A stretch of 64,000 nt of DNA, taken from a virus. The stretch covers positions 11,444 to 75,443 of the IMG/VR virus record IMGVR_UViG_3300023174_007026. One strand, 5' to 3'. The position numbers and the translations under genes were made by a program. Positions 60,037 through 64,000 of the stretch are shown here, one piece after another. The notes under the pieces are model-generated. The model was not told the origin of the DNA. It worked only from the letters and a program-made list of their open reading frames with translations, and did no database searches. Numbering within the stretch: position 1 is the stretch's first letter; every line of letters begins with the position of its first letter.

Positions 60037-60641
60037 AAGTAACAGACATACCATATCATCAGCTTGTTGATGCAACAGCATTTGAACAAGCAATTCAAGG
60101 TGCCGTCAATGCTGTCAAATCAGCAGTTGTACAATACAACATCAACAGCAATGCAGTTGATCAGCAACTGCTCAAGCAGCGTTCACAGGAGTATACCAGC
60201 AGAGAATACTTGAAGCAACAAATGCAAGATCAAACTGACATTGCTGTTGCTGAAAAACGCAACTTGTACAACTTCAAACAAATGGGTGTCAATGAAGCAC
60301 TTGTTCCATTTGTGCAGCAAATGTATCCAGACTTGTATATCAAGTCCAGCGGATTTTTTGTGTATCCTGCCAACTATGGTTTCATGTCATGGCACACCAA
60401 CTCTAATGCACCAGGCAAGAGAATTTATATAGCATATGCTGAGCAAGATGTCAAATCTTTCTTCAGATACTATGATGCTGACAACAGTCAAATGATTACA
60501 TCTTGGGATGCTCAAGGCATCAATGCCAGAGAGTTTCATGTGGATAGTCAAGACCTTTTGTGGCATTGTGTGTATGCAGAGTGCAACAGATACAGTTTTG
60601 GTTTCAGAGCACTGACTGCAGAACAAATGAATAATGCGTGA
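60033..60641 (+). CDS. 2OG-Fe(II) oxygenase-like (DSBH) protein
   Basis: YP...FMSWHTN ... WHCV ... RYSFG. Confidence 0.55.
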   Translation: MKVTDIPYHQLVDATAFEQAIQGAVNAVKSAVVQYNINSNAVDQQLLKQRSQEYTSREYLKQQMQDQTDIAVAEKRNLYNFKQMGVNEALVPFVQQMYPDLYIKSSGFFVYPANYGFMSWHTNSNAPGKRIYIAYAEQDVKSFFRYYDADNSQMITSWDAQGINAREFHVDSQDLLWHCVYAECNRYSFGFRALTAEQMNNA

Positions 60642-60670
60642 TTTTTTATTGTGCTGAACTAAATAATTTT

Positions 60671-60892
60671 ATGAACGATCCACAATACTACCTCAAACCA
60701 CAAGGCAAAGACTCATACAAACTATGCTGCGGTGGCAACAACTGCCCACAAGTAACCAGATTAGACAGTGAGACTGTAGAAATCCAAGATGATGATGGCA
60801 ACAAAGTGACTATCAAAAATGGTCAAGCCAAGCTCATTGCTGATGCAGTCAAATCATTGGAGGACAACAAAAATGAGCTACTACTTGGTTAG
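60671..60892 (+). CDS. Small late protein with CCGGxxCP motif
   Basis: TAAATA at 60660. Confidence 0.65.
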   Translation: MNDPQYYLKPQGKDSYKLCCGGNNCPQVTRLDSETVEIQDDDGNKVTIKNGQAKLIADAVKSLEDNKNELLLG

Positions 60893-61181
60893 TTGCATTG
60901 GCTTGACATTTTTGCTCAAGTATGCAAAAATCCTCAAGCATTACAGAGACCATTGGATCAACGAAGATGAATTTTTCAAAGATTTGTTTGGATGTTCTTT
61001 GTGTCTAGGCTTCTGGGTAGGAATGATACACATTCCATTTATATCTTTGTGTGATGGCACCAACTTGAAACTGTTGTTGTTGCCAGCTGTCAGCGCTGCA
61101 ACATCATGGTTTGCAGACAGTACATTGCAAATGATTCAAGCACTGGAATTGTACTTGATGAAGCAAGTGCGCAAAGATTAA
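60873..61181 (+). CDS. Small membrane protein (DUF1360-like CxxC.GFW)
   Basis: LFGCSLCLGFWVG, hydrophobic segments. Confidence 0.65.
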   Translation: MSYYLVSCIGLTFLLKYAKILKHYRDHWINEDEFFKDLFGCSLCLGFWVGMIHIPFISLCDGTNLKLLLLPAVSAATSWFADSTLQMIQALELYLMKQVRKD

Positions 61182-61522
61182 TGCATTGATTTGATATCAC
61201 TCAACAAAGAGTCAAGCTGACCAATGGCAAATGTCATGTCAGGTTGACTCTGTTTGATGTTTTCAATGCGGCGCTCAATGATGTGTTCAATGCCATCTAG
61301 GACTTCTCGAACACTCATGGGCTTGGGCTTTTCTTCTGCCTCTGAAGGAGTATATGCTCTGTTGGTCTCACTGCTGCCACTGGTAAGACCCAATCCAAGA
61401 TTGGCAGTATGAATATTGTCAGCAACTTGTCTGCCTCCAGCATTTTGTTGCTGTGTTGAGATGCCGTAATAAGAGCCTTCTTGAATGCGTTGAACTAAGC
61501 TGTTGAAATTCATATATTGCAT
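61178..61522 (-). CDS. Late hypothetical protein
   Basis: TATAAATA upstream on minus strand; IQE motif. Confidence 0.65.
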   Translation of the reverse strand: MQYMNFNSLVQRIQEGSYYGISTQQQNAGGRQVADNIHTANLGLGLTSGSSETNRAYTPSEAEEKPKPMSVREVLDGIEHIIERRIENIKQSQPDMTFAIGQLDSLLSDIKSMH

Positions 61523-61536
61523 ATATATTTATAGCT

Positions 61537-61995
61537 ATGAACAAGCATTATGCATCTTGGCAGGAAATTCATGATAGTTGCACCAACATATACACGCAAC
61601 TCAAAAATGAAAACAAACAATATGATTACATCATTGGCGTTTTGAGAGGTGGAGCAGTTCCTGCTACCATTTTGTCTCATTTGTTCAATTGCAAACTGCA
61701 TGTCATTGGCATCAAGACATATGAAGACACAGTGCAGACAGACCGTGCAGAATTTTATGCCATTGATCCTGCATTTTATGCCAACTGCTTTTACAAGCGA
61801 CTGCTCATTGTGGATGACATTTGTGATTCTGGCAACAGTTTGAAACTGCTGCAGGATTTCTTTCATGAGAAGACACACAAGCCAGTGGACACTGCTACCA
61901 TTTACTGGAAACCCACCAGTGTCATCAAGCCACATTATCATGTACATGAAGCTCATAAATGGATCTGCTTCCCATGGGAAGTGGAAAAAGATTAA
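61537..61995 (+). CDS. Purine phosphoribosyltransferase (type I PRTase)
   Basis: GVLRGG..PA, PRPP motif LIVDDICDSGNS, WICFPWE. Confidence 0.92.
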   Translation: MNKHYASWQEIHDSCTNIYTQLKNENKQYDYIIGVLRGGAVPATILSHLFNCKLHVIGIKTYEDTVQTDRAEFYAIDPAFYANCFYKRLLIVDDICDSGNSLKLLQDFFHEKTHKPVDTATIYWKPTSVIKPHYHVHEAHKWICFPWEVEKD

Positions 61996-62065
61996 AAAAA
62001 TAGTAGAAACTAGTTGAACTAACCATAAATAGACTGTACATTCGCTATGAGCAACAGATTACATA

Positions 62066-62445
62066 ACACAAACCAACGACTTCCGCAAAGAAGTTATTGG
62101 AGCGTCTTGTGTGATACAGGAAGCTCTAGCGGGATGAATTTTATTCGACCTGCTAAAAAAGAAACTGCAGGAAAGTTTGAAACTGTAGTTGCCTAAAATA
62201 GGAAACACGGTATAGTAATCAAACAAACAACGAATAAGGTTCACGACGAGGGATGACCATAACAGCCCAAGAGTTCGCAGAATGCGACGTAAAGCCAAAA
62301 GCTGACAGTGTAGTAAAGTATTGGTTTGTAACATTGTTGGGTTTAGCAATGTGAGGCTTCCAATTTAAAGCCGAGTATAAACCATTTTTTAGCACATGGG
62401 TTTGTAACATCATTGTGAAGTTGCCCGGGTAGCCCCAAAAACCAT
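62066..62445 (+). ncRNA. Candidate large structured ncRNA at the head of the tRNA array
   Basis: No long plus-strand ORF; about 10 consecutive hairpins visible (e.g. TAGCGGG/CCTGCTA, AACTGCAG/CTGTAGTT, TCGCA/TGCGA, ACATTGTT/AGCAATGT, GGCTT/AAGCC). Confidence 0.45.
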
Positions 62446-62456
62446 CTATTTCAAAA

Positions 62457-62516
62457 CCCTGTGAAGCAAATCTGGAGATTGCGCTCGCCTGAAGAGTGAG
62501 ACGGTAAGGTTCGAAA
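62457..62516 (+). pseudogene. Truncated tRNA-Phe(GAA)
   Basis: 5' acceptor CCCTGTG, D arm GCAA/TTGC, anticodon arm CTCGC-CTGAAGA-GTGAG, TAAGG-TTCGAAA; 3' T-stem, acceptor strand and CCA are missing. Confidence 0.75.
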
Positions 62517-62542
62517 AGTTCGTTCTTGCTATAAATATTAGC

Positions 62543-63292
62543 ATGAACTATTTACGAATATATGAAAATCTTGTGTCATTTCGACAACAGCATTCTGCAA
62601 AAGGTTACACAGAAAAACATCACATCGTGATGAGATCGCTTGGTGGATCTGATGATCCATCTAATCTCGTTAGATTGACAGGTAGAGAGCATTGGATTGC
62701 TCATCTTTTACTCCATAAAATCTATCATAAACCACAGACTGCTTATGCATGTCATATGATGGCTATGAAATGTGAAGAACGCGGTGTACCATACATTCGC
62801 AATAGTAGAATGTATGAAGAGATACGAAAAGAATGTGCAAAGCTTGCAAGCACAAGAATGAGAAGCTTGCAAAAAGGCAGTAAAAATTCTCAATTTGGAA
62901 CAATGTGGATTTGCAATTTAAATACGAAAGAAAATCGTAAAATTGCAAGAAATTTTCCTATACCTGAAGGATGGGTTTTAGGGCGCAATAAGTGGAAACA
63001 AAAGTATTTAAACAAAACAAAATTTGGTTCTGAAGAACATAAACAACGTGCGTCTGCAGGACAACTAGGCAAAAACCTAAGTTTTGAAACAAAACAAAAA
63101 ATATCAAAAGCCAATAAAAATTCGCTTTTGGGCAATAAGTCACTTTCAGGTAGGGTTTGGATTAACAATGGCCTAATTAATAAAGCTATTATTAAAACAG
63201 AAATAATACCAGAAGGTTTTGTAAAAGGAAAAATTTCGCGTCATAAGTGTTATGTCAGCACGCCGGTCTTCCAATCCGGGAGTGTGAGTTAG
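62543..63292 (+). CDS. HNH homing endonuclease
   Basis: EKHHI..RSLGGSD..SNLV.LT.REH..AH.LL; WI.N, PEG..G repeats; TATAAATA upstream. Confidence 0.9.
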   Translation: MNYLRIYENLVSFRQQHSAKGYTEKHHIVMRSLGGSDDPSNLVRLTGREHWIAHLLLHKIYHKPQTAYACHMMAMKCEERGVPYIRNSRMYEEIRKECAKLASTRMRSLQKGSKNSQFGTMWICNLNTKENRKIARNFPIPEGWVLGRNKWKQKYLNKTKFGSEEHKQRASAGQLGKNLSFETKQKISKANKNSLLGNKSLSGRVWINNGLINKAIIKTEIIPEGFVKGKISRHKCYVSTPVFQSGSVS

Positions 63293-63311
63293 ATTCTCAC
63301 ATGGCGCACCA
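63238..63311 (+). tRNA. tRNA-Gly(TCC)
   Basis: Acceptor GCGTCAT/ATGGCGC, loop CTTCCAA, T arm GTGAG-TTAGATT-CTCAC, encoded CCA. Confidence 0.8.
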
Positions 63312-63319
63312 ATTTCAAA

Positions 63320-63395
63320 CGTCCATTGGCAGAGTAGCTATTGCACTTGTTTTGGGAACAAGTATTCGTCGGTGCAAGTCCGGCATGGGCGACCA
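63320..63395 (+). tRNA. tRNA-Pro(TGG)
   Basis: Acceptor CGTCCAT/ATGGGCG, CTTGT-TTTGGGA-ACAAG, T arm GTCGG-TGCAAGT-CCGGC, ACCA. Confidence 0.88.
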
Positions 63396-63403
63396 ATTTA
63401 CAA

Positions 63404-63617
63404 CAAAGGAAGTTGGCTTAGAAGCAGCCATCTATAATGAGTGAAGCGAAGTACGAGTCTCCGACATCAACGGCCTAGTAAGGTGACTGTGATAATGCAT
63501 GATGTATCAGAGTCAGATATTGGCTCATGCGTTGGATATCGTCTGACTGCGGATAGTAAAAGGGCACCCCGTAAATGGTAAGGCTTGATTCTTCTTGGGC
63601 GTAGCAGCACACCTTTG
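63404..63617 (+). ncRNA. Structured RNA containing a 23S rRNA H43/H44 (uL11-binding, GTPase-associated centre) mimic
   Basis: AGGAAGTTGGCTTAGAAGCAGCCATC (63407-63432) and GCGTAGCAGCACAC (63599-63612) match the two halves of 23S nt ~1054-1104; closed by CAAAGG/CCTTTG. Confidence 0.8.
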
Positions 63618-63632
63618 ATGTAATTAATTTAT

Positions 63633-63723
63633 GGAGAGTTAACTAGACGAGGCGCTAGGGATGTTTGCTAAACATCACGCACTTCTCACGAGGTGTGCGG
63701 GGCAGGACCGCAGCTCTCCTCCA
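63633..63723 (+). tRNA. tRNA-Ser(GCT)
   Basis: Acceptor GGAGAGT/GCTCTCC, GATGT-TTGCTAA-ACATC, long variable arm, T arm TGCGG-GGCAGGA-CCGCA, CCA. Confidence 0.85.
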
Positions 63724-63726
63724 TTT

Positions 63727-63806
63727 TTGTAGAACAGCAATGTTAGTGTGCGGCCGAAAGACTGATGGTGTGGCGTTTCGGGTAAAACCTCGCGACCATC
63801 CTACAA
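63727..63806 (+). ncRNA. Candidate ~80-nt four-way-junction RNA
   Basis: TTGTAG/CTACAA closing stem; GNRA hairpins (GCAA, GAAA); ATGGT/ACCAT arm. Confidence 0.45.
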
Positions 63807-63819
63807 TTCAATTTTTATT

Positions 63820-63896
63820 CGGGTGGTGTCTGGACAAGTAAACGAACTCGGTTTGGATCCGAGTATATGTGGGAGCGTTACCCACTCACCCGACCA
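63820..63896 (+). tRNA. tRNA-Pro(TGG), second divergent copy
   Basis: Acceptor CGGGTGG/TCACCCG, CTCGG-TTTGGAT-CCGAG, T arm GTGGG-AGCGTTA-CCCAC, ACCA. Confidence 0.75.
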
Positions 63897-63905
63897 ATTT
63901 CAAAA

Positions 63906-63994
63906 TCCCCCTTAGCTCAGTGGTAGAGCGCTTGGCTGTTAACCAGGAGGCCCTTGTAAGGTACAGCGACGATCGTAACGTCGAGGGGGAGCCA
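63906..63994 (+). tRNA. tRNA-Asn(GTT) with long variable region
   Basis: Acceptor TCCCCCT/AGGGGGA, canonical D arm, CTTGG-CTGTTAA-CCAGG, T arm CGACG-ATCGTAA-CGTCG, GCCA. Confidence 0.8.
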
Positions 63995-64000
63995 ATTTCA

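Noticed and set aside
62160-62196. tmRNA-like tag reading frame (GAAACT GCA GGA AAG ... GTT GCC TAA, AGKFETVVA*)
   Set aside because: No tRNA-like domain (no GGGG..GAC 5' end, no T-arm plus CCA 3' end) found around it; kept only as part of the unexplained structured region
62457-63237. HNH-containing intron splitting tRNA-Phe
   Set aside because: The expected 3' exon (CCTTA-CACAGGG-NCCA) is not present downstream in the window and no group I/II core is evident
63404-63617. True rRNA gene fragment or host contamination
   Set aside because: Similarity is confined to H43/H44, interrupted by a non-rRNA paired insert, closed by its own stem and flanked by phage-type tRNAs
63755-63770. Hammerhead ribozyme (GAAA and CTGATG words)
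   Set aside because: Core is CTGATGG rather than CUGANGA, and the order and stems do not fit
1-64000. Alternative genetic code / stop-codon recoding
   Set aside because: Core genes are full length in the standard code, and TAG, TGA and TAA all terminate genes at sensible positions
1-64000. CRISPR array, integrase or IS element
   Set aside because: No regularly spaced repeats, transposase or recombinase motifs seen

Overview
64 kb of a large T4-like (gp43/gp41/gp61/gp45/gp32/gp46/gp47/gp55/UvsX/UvsW/UvsY) myophage genome in the standard genetic code; the host cannot be determined from the sequence. From left to right: the 3' part of an RCC1-repeat tail-fibre gene; a minus-strand replication/recombination core interleaved with late genes; a dispersed 7-deazaguanine pathway (folE, queD, queE, queC, class II glutamine amidotransferase, DUF366-like protein, with no recognisable DpdA/TGT in the window); a late module of putative head-packaged enzymes; a ~14.5 kb glycosyltransferase/methyltransferase/GDP-fucose cluster; four GIY-YIG/HNH endonucleases; and the start of a tRNA array. 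The most striking element is a ~214-nt structured RNA in the tRNA array (63404-63617). It reproduces the 23S rRNA GTPase-associated centre (H43/H44, the uL11/thiostrepton site), split by a ~150-nt multibranched insert, and is a candidate phage-encoded rRNA mimic. Also notable: many late genes have TAAATA 11-12 nt before the start codon with no Shine-Dalgarno, suggesting leaderless mRNAs; all intact tRNAs have non-canonical T-loops; an HNH gene follows a truncated tRNA-Phe and takes its stop codon from the T-loop of tRNA-Gly; and there are two further unexplained structured RNAs. All family assignments are from motif recognition by eye, not database searches.
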